Of a stretch of DNA of 64,000 nucleotides, positions 40,071 through 51,195 are shown one piece after another (within the stretch, counting starts at the first letter, position 1; each line of letters begins with the position of its first letter). Both the position numbers and the translations under genes were made by a program. The stretch lies in sequence record OR757454.1. One strand, given 5' to 3'. The notes below the pieces were generated by a model. That model had not been told where the DNA came from. It saw only the letters and a program-made list of their open reading frames with translations, and did not search any database. Origin of the DNA: Escherichia phage BYEP02.

Positions 40071-41826
40071 AGAATTTTAAACTTAACCGAGTTAGGTATC
40101 AAAATATAATGTCAGTAGGTGGAAATCCTATTGACATTCAACTAGATAAGGTTCAAAAAACTCTTATTACTGGACGAAATGGCGGTGGTAAGTCTACTAT
40201 GCTAGAATTGACATTCAATTAGATAAGGTTCAAAAAACTCTTATTACTGGACGAAATGGCGGTGGTAAGTCTACTATGTTAGAAGCCATCACATTCGGGC
40301 TTTTTGGCAAGCCATTCCGTGATGTAAAGAAAGGCCAATTAATAAACAGTACAAATAAGAAAGAACTTTTAGTTGAACTGTGGATGGAATATGACGAGAA
40401 AAAGTACTATATCAAAAGAGGACAAAAACCAAACGTTTTCGAAATCACCGTTAACGGTACACGTCTTAATGAATCTGCCAGCAGTAAAGATTTCCAAGCA
40501 GAATTTGAACAGCTTATCGGAATGTCATATGCCAGTTTCAAGCAGATTGTTGTCCTTGGTACAGCAGGGTATACCCCTTTCATGGGTTTGTCGACCCCTG
40601 CGCGAAGAAAGCTTGTGGAAGACCTGCTCGAGGTAGGAACATTAGCTGAAATGGATAAGCTTAATAAAGCACTAATACGTGAATTAAATTCACAAAACCA
40701 AGTGCTTGATGTTAAAAAAGATAGTATTATCCAGCAAATTAAAATATATAATGATAACGTTGAACGCCAGAAAAAATTAACTGGTGATAACCTTACTCGT
40801 CTACAGAATATGTATGATGATTTAGCAAAAGAAGCTAGAACGCTAAAATCGGAAATAGAAGAAGCTAATGAAAGATTAGTTAATATTGTTTTGGATGAAG
40901 ACCCGACTGATGCATTTAATAAAATCGGTCAAGAAGCATTTTTAATTAAATCAAAAATTGACTCGTATAATAAAGTCATTAATATGTATCACGAAGGTGG
41001 ATTATGTCCAACCTGTTTGTCACAATTAAGTTCTGGTGATAAAGTTGTTTCTAAAATTAAAGATAAAGTTTCTGAATGTACGCATTCATTTGAACAGCTT
41101 TCAACACATCGTGATAATTTAAAAGTTCTTGTTGACGAATACCGAGATAATATTAAAACCCAGCAGACGTTGGCAAATGATATTCGCAATAAAAAGCAAT
41201 CTCTAATCACGACTGTAGATAAAGCTAAAAAAGTTAAAGCAGCTATAGAAAAAGCATCATCTGAGTTTATTGACCATGCTGATGAAATAGCACTGCTTCA
41301 AGAAGAACTTGATAAAATTGTTAAGACAAAAACTAATTTAGTAATGGAAAAATACCACAGAGGAATTTTGACTGATATGCTCAAAGATTCTGGTATTAAA
41401 GGTGCTATTATTAAAAAGTACATTCCATTATTTAATAAGCAGATTAACCATTATCTTAAAATAATGGAAGCGGATTATGTGTTTACATTAGATGAAGAAT
41501 TTAATGAGACAATTAAATCCCGTGGTCGTGAAGATTTTAGTTATGCTTCATTTAGTGAAGGTGAAAAAGCACGAATTGATATTGCTCTTTTATTTACTTG
41601 GCGTGATATTGCTTCTATTGTATCTGGTGTTAGTATTAGTACATTAATTCTTGATGAAGTGTTTGATGGGTCATTTGATGCCGAAGGTATTAAAGGTGTA
41701 GCTAATATTATAAATTCAATGAAAAATACTAATGTTTTTATAATTTCGCATAAAGACCATGACCCGCAAGAATATGGTCAGCATCTTCAAATGAAGAAAG
41801 TTGGTCGATTTACTGCAATGGTTTAA
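40067..41826 (+). CDS. 46: recombination ATPase gp46 (Rad50/SbcC-like), frameshifted by a 77-bp duplication
   Basis: Walker A GRNGGGKST (duplicated by the repeat); 560 aa after removing 77 nt; GTG start. Confidence 0.9.
40131..40284. repeat. 77-bp tandem duplication (40131-40207 / 40208-40284), 2 mismatches, inside gene 46
   Basis: Read directly. Confidence 0.9.
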
Positions 41827-41881
41827 TTTATAAGAGATTATGCTTTAATTTATTAGAGTATAATCTCTATGGAGGAAAAAC

Positions 41882-42070
41882 ATGGAATATTCAACTGGAC
41901 AGCATCTATTAACTATTCCTGAAATAAAACGATATATTCTGAGAAATAATTTTTCTAATGAAGAGCATATAGTTACTGAATCTATGCTTAAGAATGCATT
42001 TAAATCAGAATATACGAAAATAATGTCCAACAGAAATGAAGCTTGGACTGTTACTGATTATTATGACTAA
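41882..42070 (+). CDS. hypothetical protein (62 aa)
   Basis: ATG with GGAGGA RBS. Confidence 0.45.
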   Translation: MEYSTGQHLLTIPEIKRYILRNNFSNEEHIVTESMLKNAFKSEYTKIMSNRNEAWTVTDYYD

Positions 42071-42079
42071 AGGTGTATT

Positions 42080-42546
42080 ATGACTAAAATTACTGTGAAT
42101 TATACTGTTGATGTAAAAGATATTCAGCCAAAACACGTGCGTTCTGATTCAAATCCACAAAACCAAAATAAAATTCGTCGAGCATGGGTTTTGTCTCTTT
42201 CTGATAACGCAATGGAAGTTATTCAGAACAAAATTAAATCTGCACCTGCTCGTCATGCGTATTATGAAGCTATCGATCGTGAAGTAAGTAATAAATGGAT
42301 TGAACTAATGCGCAAACATACTACAGAATCCCTAAACGCCGGTGCTAAATTTATTATGACTTCATGTGGTGAACGCCTTGAAGATGACGCAAACATACTA
42401 CAGAATCCCTAAACGCCGGTGCTAAATTTATTATGACTTCATGTGGTGAACGTCTTGAAGATGATTATTGCGGTAATGCAGATGAACGTCTAATTGTTGC
42501 TGCTCAAATTGTTGCGGAAACAATTGCGGCTGATTTTAATCGTTAA
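42080..42546 (+). CDS. rpbA: RNA polymerase binding protein RpbA, frameshifted by a 77-bp duplication
   Basis: 129 aa after removing 77 nt; sits between 46 and 45 as in T4. Confidence 0.7.
42313..42466. repeat. 77-bp tandem duplication (42313-42389 / 42390-42466), 1-2 mismatches
   Basis: Read directly. Confidence 0.9.
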
Positions 42547-42699
42547 TTGCTTTATTAAATTAGTTATAAAATTAAATCTCATTTGAATTGAAGGAAATTA
42601 CATGAAACTGTCTAAAGATACAATTGCTTTATTAAATTAGTTATAAAATTAAATCTCATTTGAATTGAAGGAAATTACATGAAACTGTCTAAAGATACA
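42546..42699. repeat. 77-bp tandem duplication (42546-42622 / 42623-42699), identical; duplicates the gene 45 promoter, RBS and first 7 codons
   Basis: Read directly. Confidence 0.9.
42624..42649 (+). promoter_or_regulatory. possible MotA-dependent middle promoter (TTGCTTTA box plus TATAAA)
   Basis: ttgctttattaaattagttataaaat ~30 nt upstream of gene 45 ATG. Confidence 0.4.
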
Positions 42700-43365
42700 C
42701 TGAATATTTTGAAAAATTTCGCTACTATTAACTCTGGCATTATGCTTAAATCCGGTCAATTTATTATGACTCGCGCAGTTAATGGTACAACTTATGCGGA
42801 AGCAAATATTTCTGACGTTATTGATTTTGATGTAGCAATTTACGATTTGAACGGTTTTCTCGGTATTCTGTCTCTAGTTAATGATGATGCAGAAATTTCC
42901 CAGTCAGAAGATGGAAATATTAAAATTGCTGATGCTCGTTCAACAATTTTTTGGCCAGCAGCCGATCCGAGTACAGTAGTTGCTCCTAATAAACCAATTC
43001 CATTCCCGGTAGCATCTGTTGTTACTGAAATTAAAGCTGAAGACCTTCAACAACTGTTGCGTGTATCTCGTGGTCTGCAAATTGATACAATTGCTATCAC
43101 GGTAAAAGAAGGTAAAATCGTAATTAACGGTTTTAATAAAGTAGAAGATTCTGCTTTGACCCGTGTTAAATATTCTTTGACTCTTGGTGATTATGATGGT
43201 GAAAATACATTTAATTTCATTATCAATATGGCAAATATGAAAATGCAACCAGGAAATTATAAACTTCTGCTCTGGGCAAAAGGTAAACAAGGTGCTGCTA
43301 AATTTGAAGGTGAACACGCGAATTATGTAGTAGCTCTTGAAGCTGATTCTACCCACGACTTTTAA
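42679..43365 (+). CDS. 45: sliding clamp gp45
   Basis: 228 aa; translation MKLSKDTLNILKNFATINSGIMLKSGQFIMTRA... matches T4 gp45. Confidence 0.95.
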   Translation: MKLSKDTLNILKNFATINSGIMLKSGQFIMTRAVNGTTYAEANISDVIDFDVAIYDLNGFLGILSLVNDDAEISQSEDGNIKIADARSTIFWPAADPSTVVAPNKPIPFPVASVVTEIKAEDLQQLLRVSRGLQIDTIAITVKEGKIVINGFNKVEDSALTRVKYSLTLGDYDGENTFNFIINMANMKMQPGNYKLLLWAKGKQGAAKFEGEHANYVVALEADSTHDF

Positions 43366-43367
43366 TA

Positions 43368-43386
43368 AAGGGCTTCGGCCCTTTAT
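43368..43386 (+). terminator. UUCG tetraloop hairpin
   Basis: aagggcttcggccctt. Confidence 0.55.
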
Positions 43387-43416
43387 AATTTACACTAAAA
43401 CTTGAATGAGGAAATT

Positions 43417-44453
43417 ATGATTACTGTAAATGAAAAAGAACACATTCTTGAACAGAAATATCGTCCATCTACTATCGATGAATGTATTCTTCCCGCCTTT
43501 GATAAAGAAACCTTTAAATCTATTACAAGTAAAGGTAAGATTCCACATATTATTCTTCATTCTCCTTCTCCAGGAACAGGTAAAACAACCGTAGCAAAAG
43601 CATTGTGTCATGACGTAAATGCTGATATGATGTTTGTGAATGGGTCAGATTGTAAAATTGATTTCGTTCGTGGTCCTTTGACTAATTTTGCTAGTGCAGC
43701 TTCATTTGATGGTCGTCAAAAAGTAATTGTTATTGATGAATTTGACCGTTCAGGGTTAGCAGAGTCTCAAGTGCAGCTTCATTTGATGGTCGTCAAAAAG
43801 TAATCGTTATTGATGAATTTGACCGTTCAGGGCTAGCAGAGTCTCAGCGACATCTTCGTTCATTTATGGAAGCTTATAGTTCAAACTGTAGTATTATTAT
43901 TACTGCTAACAATATTGATGGTATTATTAAACCGCTTCAGTCACGCTGCCGAGTTATTACATTCGGTCAACCGACCGATGAAGATAAAATTGAAATGATG
44001 AAGCAGATGATTCGTCGATTGACTGAAATCTGCAAGCGTGAAGGAATTGCTATAGCTGATATGAAAGTTGTAGCAGCTTTGGTTAAAAAGAATTTTCCTG
44101 ATTTTCGTAAAACTATTGGCGAGCTTGATAGTTATTCATCTAAAGGTGTTTTGGATGCTGGTATTTTATCACTGGTTACTAACGATCGTGGTGCTATTGA
44201 TGATGTTCTTGAATCTCTCAAAAATAAAGATGTTAAACAGCTCAGAGCTTTAGCACCAAAATATGCAGCTGATTATTCGTGGTTCGTAGGTAAACTTGCC
44301 GAAGAAATTTATTCACGTGTAACTCCGCAAAGTATTATTCGTATGTATGAAATTGTTGGTGAAAATAACCAGTATCATGGTATTGCAGCTAATACTGAGT
44401 TACATTTAGCATATCTTTTCATTCAATTGGCATGCGAAATGCAGTGGAAGTGA
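43417..44453 (+). CDS. 44: clamp-loader large subunit gp44, frameshifted by a 77-bp duplication
   Basis: Walker [11 protein letters not shown]; 319 aa after removing 77 nt. Confidence 0.9.
43694..43847. repeat. 77-bp tandem duplication (43694-43770 / 43771-43847), 3 mismatches, inside gene 44
   Basis: Read directly. Confidence 0.9.
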
Positions 44454-44454
44454 T

Positions 44455-45018
44455 ATGAGCTTATTTGAAGATGATATTCAATTAAACGAGCATCAAGTTG
44501 CTTGGTATTCAAAAGATTGGACAGCTGTCCAATCTGCTGCTGATTCTTTTAAAGAAAAAGCTGAAAATGAATTTTTTGAAATAATTGGAGCTATTAATAA
44601 TAAAACTAAATGCTCTATTGCTCAAAAAGATTATTCAAAATACATGGTTGAGAATGCATTATCACAATTTCCAGAGTGCATGCCAGCTGTATATGCTATG
44701 AATTTAATTGGATCAGGTTTAAGTGATGAAGCTCATTTTAATTATCTGATGGCTGCTGTTCCTCGGGGTAAAAGATATGGTAAATGGGCAAAACTGGTTG
44801 AAGATTCCACCGAAGTATTGATTATTAAGTTACTTGCTAAACGGTATCAAGTTAATACAAATGATGCAATTAACTATAAATCAATTCTTACTAAAAATGG
44901 AAAACTTCCTTTAGTATTAAAAGAACTAAAAGGTTTAGTCACGGATGATTTTTTGAAAGAAGTGACTAAGAACGTAAAAGAACAGAAACAACTCAAAAAA
45001 CTAGCATTGGAATGGTAA
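44455..45018 (+). CDS. 62: clamp-loader small subunit gp62
   Basis: 187 aa immediately after gene 44. Confidence 0.9.
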   Translation: MSLFEDDIQLNEHQVAWYSKDWTAVQSAADSFKEKAENEFFEIIGAINNKTKCSIAQKDYSKYMVENALSQFPECMPAVYAMNLIGSGLSDEAHFNYLMAAVPRGKRYGKWAKLVEDSTEVLIIKLLAKRYQVNTNDAINYKSILTKNGKLPLVLKELKGLVTDDFLKEVTKNVKEQKQLKKLALEW

Positions 45019-45019
45019 A

Positions 45020-45388
45020 ATGATTGAAATTACTCTTAAAAAACCTGAAGATTTTCTGAAAGTAAAAGAAACTTTGACTCGTATGGGAATTGCTAATAAT
45101 AAAGATAAAGTTCTGTATCAGTCCTGCCACATTCTTCAGAAAAAAGGACTATACTATATCGTTCATTTTAAAGAAATGCTTCGTATGGATGGCCGTCAGG
45201 TTGAAATGACAGAAGAAGATGAAGTTCGTCGTGATTCGATTGCATGGCTGTTAGAAGATTGGGGACTGATTGAAATCGTTCCTGGTCAAAGAACTTTTAT
45301 GAAAGATTTAACTAATAACTTCCGAGTTATTTCTTTTAAACAAAAACACGAATGGAAACTCGTTCCTAAATATACGATTGGTAATTAA
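45020..45388 (+). CDS. regA: translational repressor RegA
   Basis: 122 aa; translation MIEITLKKPEDFLKVKETLTRMGIANN... matches T4 RegA. Confidence 0.9.
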   Translation: MIEITLKKPEDFLKVKETLTRMGIANNKDKVLYQSCHILQKKGLYYIVHFKEMLRMDGRQVEMTEEDEVRRDSIAWLLEDWGLIEIVPGQRTFMKDLTNNFRVISFKQKHEWKLVPKYTIGN

Positions 45389-45391
45389 GCA

Positions 45392-45410
45392 AGGGGCTTC
45401 GGCCCCTTAT
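45392..45410 (+). terminator. UUCG tetraloop hairpin
   Basis: aggggcttcggcccct. Confidence 0.55.
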
Positions 45411-45466
45411 TTGGAGTATAATATATCAAGAGCCTAATAACTCGGGCTATAAACTAAGGAATATCT

Positions 45467-48240
45467 ATGAAAGAATTTTATATCTCTATTGAAACAGTCG
45501 GAAATAATATTGTTGAACGTTATATTGATGAAAATGGAAAGGAACGTACTCGTGAAGTAGAATATCTTCCGACTATGTTTAGGCATTGTAAGGAAGAGTC
45601 AAAATACAAAGACATTTATGGTAAAAATTGCGCTCCTCAAAAATTTCCATCAATGAAAGATGCACGAGACTGGATGAAGCGAATGGAAGACATCGGTCTC
45701 GAAGCTCTTGGTATGAACGATTTTAAACTCGCTTATATCAGTGATACATATGGTTCAGAAATTGTTTATGACCGAAAATTTGTTCGTGTAGCTAACTGTG
45801 ACATTGAGGTTACTGGCGATAAATTTCCTGACCCAATGAAAGCAGAATATGAAATTGATGCTATCACTCATTATGATTCAATTGATGATCGTTTTTACGT
45901 CTTTGATTTGTTGAATTCAATGTACGGTTCAGTATCAAAATGGGATGCAAAGTTAGCTGCTAAGCTTGACTGTGAAGGTGGCGATGAAGTTCCTCAAGAA
46001 ATTCTTCAGTATCAAAATGGGATGCAAAGTTAGCTGCTAAGCTTGACTGTGAAGGTGGTGATGAAGTTCCTCAAGAAATTCTTGACCGAGTAATTTATAT
46101 GCCATTCGATAATGAGCGTGATATGCTCATGGAATATATCAATCTTTGGGAACAGAAACGACCTGCTATTTTTACTGGTTGGAATATTGAGGGATTTGAC
46201 GTTCCGTATATCATGAATCGCGTTAAAATGGTTCTCGGTGAACGTAGTATGAAACGCTTCTCTCCAATCGGTCGGGTAAAATCTAAACTAATTCAAAATA
46301 TGTACGGTAGCAAAGAAATTTATTCTATTGATGGCGTATCTATTCTTGATTATTTAGATTTGTACAAGAAATTTGCTTTTACTAATTTGCCGTCATTCTC
46401 TTTGGAATCAGTTGCTCAACATGAAACCAAAAAAGGTAAATTACCATACGACGGTCCTATTAATAAACTCCGTGAGACTAATCATCAACGATACATTAGT
46501 TATAACATCATTGACGTAGAATCAGTTCAAGCAATTGATAAAATTCGCGGGTTTATCGATCTAGTTTTAAGTATGTCTTATTATGCTAAAATGCCTTTTT
46601 CTGGTGTAATGAGTCCTATTAAAACTTGGGATGCTATTATTTTTAACTCATTGAAAGGTGAACACAAGGTTATTCCTCAGCAAGGTTCGCATGTTAAACA
46701 GAGTTTTCCGGGTGCATTTGTATTTGAACCTAAACCAATTGCTCGTCGATATATTATGAGTTTTGACTTGACGTCTCTGTATCCGAGCATTATTCGTCAG
46801 GTTAACATTAGTCCTGAGACTATTCGTGGTCAGTTTAAAGTTCATCCAATTCATGAATATATCGCAGGAACAGCTCCTAAACCGAGTGATGAATATTCTT
46901 GTTCTCCGAATGGATGGATGTACGATAAGCATCAAGAAGGTATCATTCCAAAGGAAATCGCTAAAGTATTTTTCCAGCGTAAAGATTGGAAAAAGAAAAT
47001 GTTCGCTGAAGAAATGAATGCCGAAGCTATTAAAAAGATTATTATGAAAGGCGCAGGGTCTTGTTCAACTAAACCTGAAGTTGAACGATATGTTAAGTTC
47101 AGTGATGATTTCTTAAATGAACTATCGAATTATACTGAATCTGTTCTCAATAGTTTGATTGAAGAATGTGAAAAAGCGGCTACACTTGCTAACACAAATC
47201 AGCTGAACCGTAAAATTCTTATTAACAGCCTTTACGGTGCTCTTGGTAATATTCATTTCCGTTACTATGATTTGCGAAATGCTACTGCTATCACAATTTT
47301 CGGTCAAGTCGGTATTCAGTGGATTGCTCGTAAAATTAATGAATATCTAAATAAAGTATGTGGAACTGATGGTGAAGATTTCATTGCCGCGGGTGATACT
47401 GATTCGGTATATGTTTGTGTAGATAAAGTAATTGAAAAAGTAGGTCTTGACCGCTTTAAAGAACAAAATGATTTAGTTGAATTCATGAATCAGTTTGGTA
47501 AGAAAAAGATGGAACCTATGATTGATGTTGCATATCGTGAGTTATGTGATTATATGAATAATCGCGAGCATCTGATGCATATGGACCGTGAAGCTATTTC
47601 TTGCCCTCCACTTGGTTCAAAGGGCGTTGGTGGATTTTGGAAAGCGAAAAAGCGTTATGCTCTGAACGTTTATGATATGGAAGATAAACGATTTGCTGAA
47701 CCGCATCTAAAAATCATGGGTATGGAAACTCAACAGAGTTCAACACCAAAAGCAGTGCAAGAAGCTCTCGAAGAAAGTATTCGTCGTATTCTTCAGGAAG
47801 GTGAAGAGTCTGTCCAAGAATACTACAAGAACTTCGAGAAAGAATATCGTCAACTTGACTATAAAGTTATTGCTGAAGTAAAAACTGCGAACGATATAGC
47901 AAAATATGATGATAAAGGTTGGCCAGGATTTAAATGTCCGTTCCATATTCGCGGTGTGCTAACTTATCGTCGAGCTGTTAGTGGTCTGGGTGTAGCTCCA
48001 ATTTTGGATGGAAATAAAGTAATGGTTCTTCCATTGCGTGAAGGAAATCCATTTGGTGACAAGTGCATTGCTTGGCCGTCGGGCACAGAACTTCCAAAAG
48101 AAATTCGTTCTGATGTACTATCTTGGATTGACTACTCAACTTTGTTCCAAAAATCGTTTGTTAAACCGCTTGCGGGCATGTGTGAATCGGCTGGTATGGA
48201 CTATGAAGAAAAAGCTTCGTTAGACTTCCTGTTTGGCTGA
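45467..48240 (+). CDS. 43: DNA polymerase gp43 (family B), frameshifted by a 77-bp duplication
   Basis: 898 aa after removing 77 nt; exo and polymerase motifs present (e.g. YGDTDS-like GDTDS). Confidence 0.95.
45930..46083. repeat. 77-bp tandem duplication (45930-46006 / 46007-46083), 1 mismatch, inside gene 43
   Basis: Read directly. Confidence 0.9.
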
Positions 48241-48252
48241 TAGAATAAATCT

Positions 48253-48274
48253 AGGGACCTCCGGGTCCCTTTTT
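48253..48274 (+). terminator. intrinsic terminator hairpin with T-tract
   Basis: agggacctccgggtccct followed by tttt. Confidence 0.65.
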
Positions 48275-48357
48275 CATACAAGTAATATAAATCTATACTT
48301 AGGAAAAATAGATGATTCTAGGTCCTGTAAATTCATTAAAAATTTTTTCACAAAACT

Positions 48358-48387
48358 GTTTACAAGACTGTTCCTCTGTGGTACTAT
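48358..48387 (+). promoter_or_regulatory. T4 early-type promoter (GTTTAC, 18 nt, TACTAT)
   Basis: Consensus motifs with A/T upstream element. Confidence 0.6.
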
Positions 48388-48421
48388 ACAATTATCAACT
48401 AATACGGATTTGGAGAATAAA

Positions 48422-48658
48422 ATGAAAATTGTTATGGGATGCTTAGCAGTTTGTTTAGTTGCATTAGCAGCAGTTCCATTTGTTAGTGTTGAAAATGATA
48501 CTCAACCTGTGATTGAATCTAGCACCGTTATTCACACTAATGGTAAAATATCAGTTAAAATTGATGATAATCTTCATGTGAATACTAATGGAACGCTGGG
48601 TGTTCAATTAGGTAATATCTGTGTAAGCACTACTGGAGTAATTACTACTTGTATTTGA
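48422..48658 (+). CDS. small secreted protein (78 aa)
   Basis: Signal-peptide-like MKIVMGCLAVCLVALAAVPFVSV. Confidence 0.5.
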   Translation: MKIVMGCLAVCLVALAAVPFVSVENDTQPVIESSTVIHTNGKISVKIDDNLHVNTNGTLGVQLGNICVSTTGVITTCI

Positions 48659-48668
48659 GGAAATTATT

Positions 48669-49049
48669 ATGAAAATCGCTATTTTGGTTATTGCATTAGG
48701 TCTTACTGGTTGTGTAGCTCAAGGACCGGTAGTAAATCAGTCTGATGCAGGAAAAATTGTAAACTGTTCAAGCAAATTTTATAATCCTAATGTCAAGTGT
48801 TATAAAGAAGCTCCAAAGCAAACAGTCGAACAAATGCAGGCGAATTTTGACGAAGCTATTCGTCCAGATGAATCTGCTCAAGCATATCGTAATTCTGATG
48901 TAATTACACGCGAAGAAAAAATTGAAAACTACTGCGCCGAAATTTGGGCTAATTGGGCTAATAATTACCAATGGCGTACTGGTAAAAATGCTCCGATGGA
49001 GTATGTAGTGAATTCTTATAATTCATGCGTAAAAAATTTGACTAAGTGA
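48669..49049 (+). CDS. lipoprotein (126 aa)
   Basis: Lipobox LGLTGC after signal peptide. Confidence 0.55.
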   Translation: MKIAILVIALGLTGCVAQGPVVNQSDAGKIVNCSSKFYNPNVKCYKEAPKQTVEQMQANFDEAIRPDESAQAYRNSDVITREEKIENYCAEIWANWANNYQWRTGKNAPMEYVVNSYNSCVKNLTK

Positions 49050-49056
49050 GGAAAAC

Positions 49057-49308
49057 ATGGAAACTTTAGTAGCAGGTTCAATTTTTATGGTTTTAGTATC
49101 AGGCGTGTTGGCTATTATTATATACATGCTTCCATGGTTTATCGCCTTGATGCGTGGGTCAAAATCGACAGTAGGAATCTTTTTCACATCTTTACTGTTT
49201 AACTGGTCAATTATTGGTTGGTTTATTACATTTATTTGGTCAATTGTAGGTGAAACTAAAAAGTCTGCGCAGCCAAATCAGGTAATTATCATCAGAGAGA
49301 AGGAATGA
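49057..49308 (+). CDS. imm: Imm superinfection-immunity membrane protein
   Basis: 83 aa, two TM helices; between 43 and 42 as in T4. Confidence 0.8.
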   Translation: METLVAGSIFMVLVSGVLAIIIYMLPWFIALMRGSKSTVGIFFTSLLFNWSIIGWFITFIWSIVGETKKSAQPNQVIIIREKE

Positions 49309-49454
49309 AAAGCAAAATTATAGCAGTGTTGCTTTTAATCTTGATGGTTATAATAAGTATATACTATAGTGTAACGGTTCCTCTTATGATTCCAACTATT
49401 ATTTTAGGTTGGAGTTTATTACTGTTACAAATTAAATATGAATGCATCAATTGA
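49305..49454 (+). CDS. possible small membrane protein (49 aa)
   Basis: ATGA overlap with imm stop; hydrophobic; not in supplied ORF track. Confidence 0.35.
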   Translation: MKSKIIAVLLLILMVIISIYYSVTVPLMIPTIILGWSLLLLQIKYECIN

Positions 49455-49461
49455 GGTTTAA

Positions 49462-50279
49462 ATGATTAACGATTATATGACAGTTGAAGAAATCCGTCTT
49501 GATTTGGGTCTTGCATTAAAGGAAAAAGATTTCGTAATTGATAAAACCGGGGTTAAAACTATTGAAATTATTGGTGCATCATTTGTAGCAGATGAACCTT
49601 TTATTTTTGGCGCTCTTAATGATGAATACATTCAGCGTGAACTTGAATGGTATAAATCTAAGAGCTTGTTCGTTAAAGATATTCCAGGTGAAACACCGAA
49701 GATTTGGCAGCAGGTAGCATCTTCTAAAGGCGAAATTAACTCGAATTATGGTTGGGCTATCTGGTCAGAAGATAACTATGCTCAGTATGATATGTGTTTA
49801 GCTGAACTTGGTCAAAATCCTGATTCTCGACGTGGTATCATGATTTATACTCGTCCATCCATGCAATTTGACTACAATAAAGATGGTATGTCAGATTTCA
49901 TGTGCACGAATACAGTACAGTACCTGATTCGTGATAAGAAAGTCAATGCAGTGGTTAACATGAGAAGCAATGATTGCTGGGCAGGCTATCGTAATGATTA
50001 TGCATGGCAAAAATACGTATTAGATAAATTAGTATCTGATTTGAATGCAGGCGACCCATCGCGGCAATATAAAGCAGGTTCTATTATATGGAACGTTGGA
50101 AGTCTTTAGTATCTGATTTGAATGCAGGCGATTCAACTCGTCAGTATAAAGCAGGTTCTATTATATGGAATGTTGGAAGTCTTCATGTATATTCTCGTCA
50201 TTTTTACTTGGTTGATCATTGGTGGAATACTGGCGAAACTCATATTGTGAAAAAAGATTATAACGGTGAGTGGAAATGA
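49462..50279 (+). CDS. 42: dCMP hydroxymethylase gp42, frameshifted by a 77-bp duplication
   Basis: 246 aa after removing 77 nt; thymidylate-synthase-like fold sequence. Confidence 0.9.
50031..50184. repeat. 77-bp tandem duplication (50031-50107 / 50108-50184), about 7 clustered differences (GDPSRQY vs GDSTRQY)
   Basis: Read directly. Confidence 0.9.
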
Positions 50280-51118
50280 TTCAATTCGTAATTCCAAGCT
50301 ATCAACGCGTAGGGGCAGTTTCTGCCCTTGATATGTTTCCGACTGATTATGAACCACATATTGTAGTGCGTGAACACGAAGAAAAAGCTTATTATGATGC
50401 TTATGGGTCTAGAGCTAAAATTGTAACTATTCCTGATGATGTTAATGGAATTGCCGGTACTCGTAAAGCAATTACTGATATGTATGCAGGTCAACGAATC
50501 TGGATGATTGATGATGATACTACTATTCGTATGAGTTCAATACGAAAGAGAGACGATAAACGGCGCGTAGATAAAATTAATCAATTAACTCGTGAACAGT
50601 TCTATGAATTAATTCAATACGTTGAGGATGCTATGGATTGCGGGTATTATCACGGTCATGCTCGTCTACCAATTTTTAAAATTACTTCATCTTGGGGTAA
50701 TTATCGTGAAAACTCATATGGATTCACGAATACATGGTATGACCTCGGAAAACTTACGACAGAACAAATTGGGTATGGAAAAATTGATTTATGTGAAGAT
50801 ATGTACGCATTTCTCAATTTAATTAATCAAGGTTATCCGCATTTGGCCTTGTTCAAATATCTAGTTGTATCTGGAAAATCACACGCTCCCGGCGGGTGCA
50901 GTTCAATTCGTAGTAATTCTAAACATAATAGAGCGCTTGAACAAATCAATAGAGAGTTTCCAGAGCAAGCTCGTTGGAAAACTTCTAATATTGAAAAACG
51001 AAAATCGTTGGGTGAAGAAGACGAGCCATTAAAGGTTCTTCGCATGTGTGTTTCTCGTAAAGAAAAATCAGAAGCATTTCATAAGTTTAATGCTATTCAT
51101 CCAATAGCAGTTGATTAA
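50276..51118 (+). CDS. putative glycosyltransferase in the beta-gt position but unlike T4 beta-gt (possibly T2/T6-type beta-glucosyl-HMC alpha-glucosyltransferase)
   Basis: 280 aa ORF between 42 and uvsX; family assignment by position and size only. Confidence 0.5.
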   Translation: MIQFVIPSYQRVGAVSALDMFPTDYEPHIVVREHEEKAYYDAYGSRAKIVTIPDDVNGIAGTRKAITDMYAGQRIWMIDDDTTIRMSSIRKRDDKRRVDKINQLTREQFYELIQYVEDAMDCGYYHGHARLPIFKITSSWGNYRENSYGFTNTWYDLGKLTTEQIGYGKIDLCEDMYAFLNLINQGYPHLALFKYLVVSGKSHAPGGCSSIRSNSKHNRALEQINREFPEQARWKTSNIEKRKSLGEEDEPLKVLRMCVSRKEKSEAFHKFNAIHPIAVD

Positions 51119-51195
51119 TGCCTAAATTTATTGTGTTATAATTACTCTATCTTTAACCAGTGAGGAAAATATAATGATGCCTATGGAAAAAATGA

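Noticed and set aside
46648-46935. Minus-strand 95-aa ORF (and several similar 60-140 aa antisense ORFs, for example 42940-43356 and 10640-11233)
   Set aside because: All lie antisense inside well-recognised genes (43, 45, GrcA-like) and have no RBS; AT-rich antisense frames are often open by chance.
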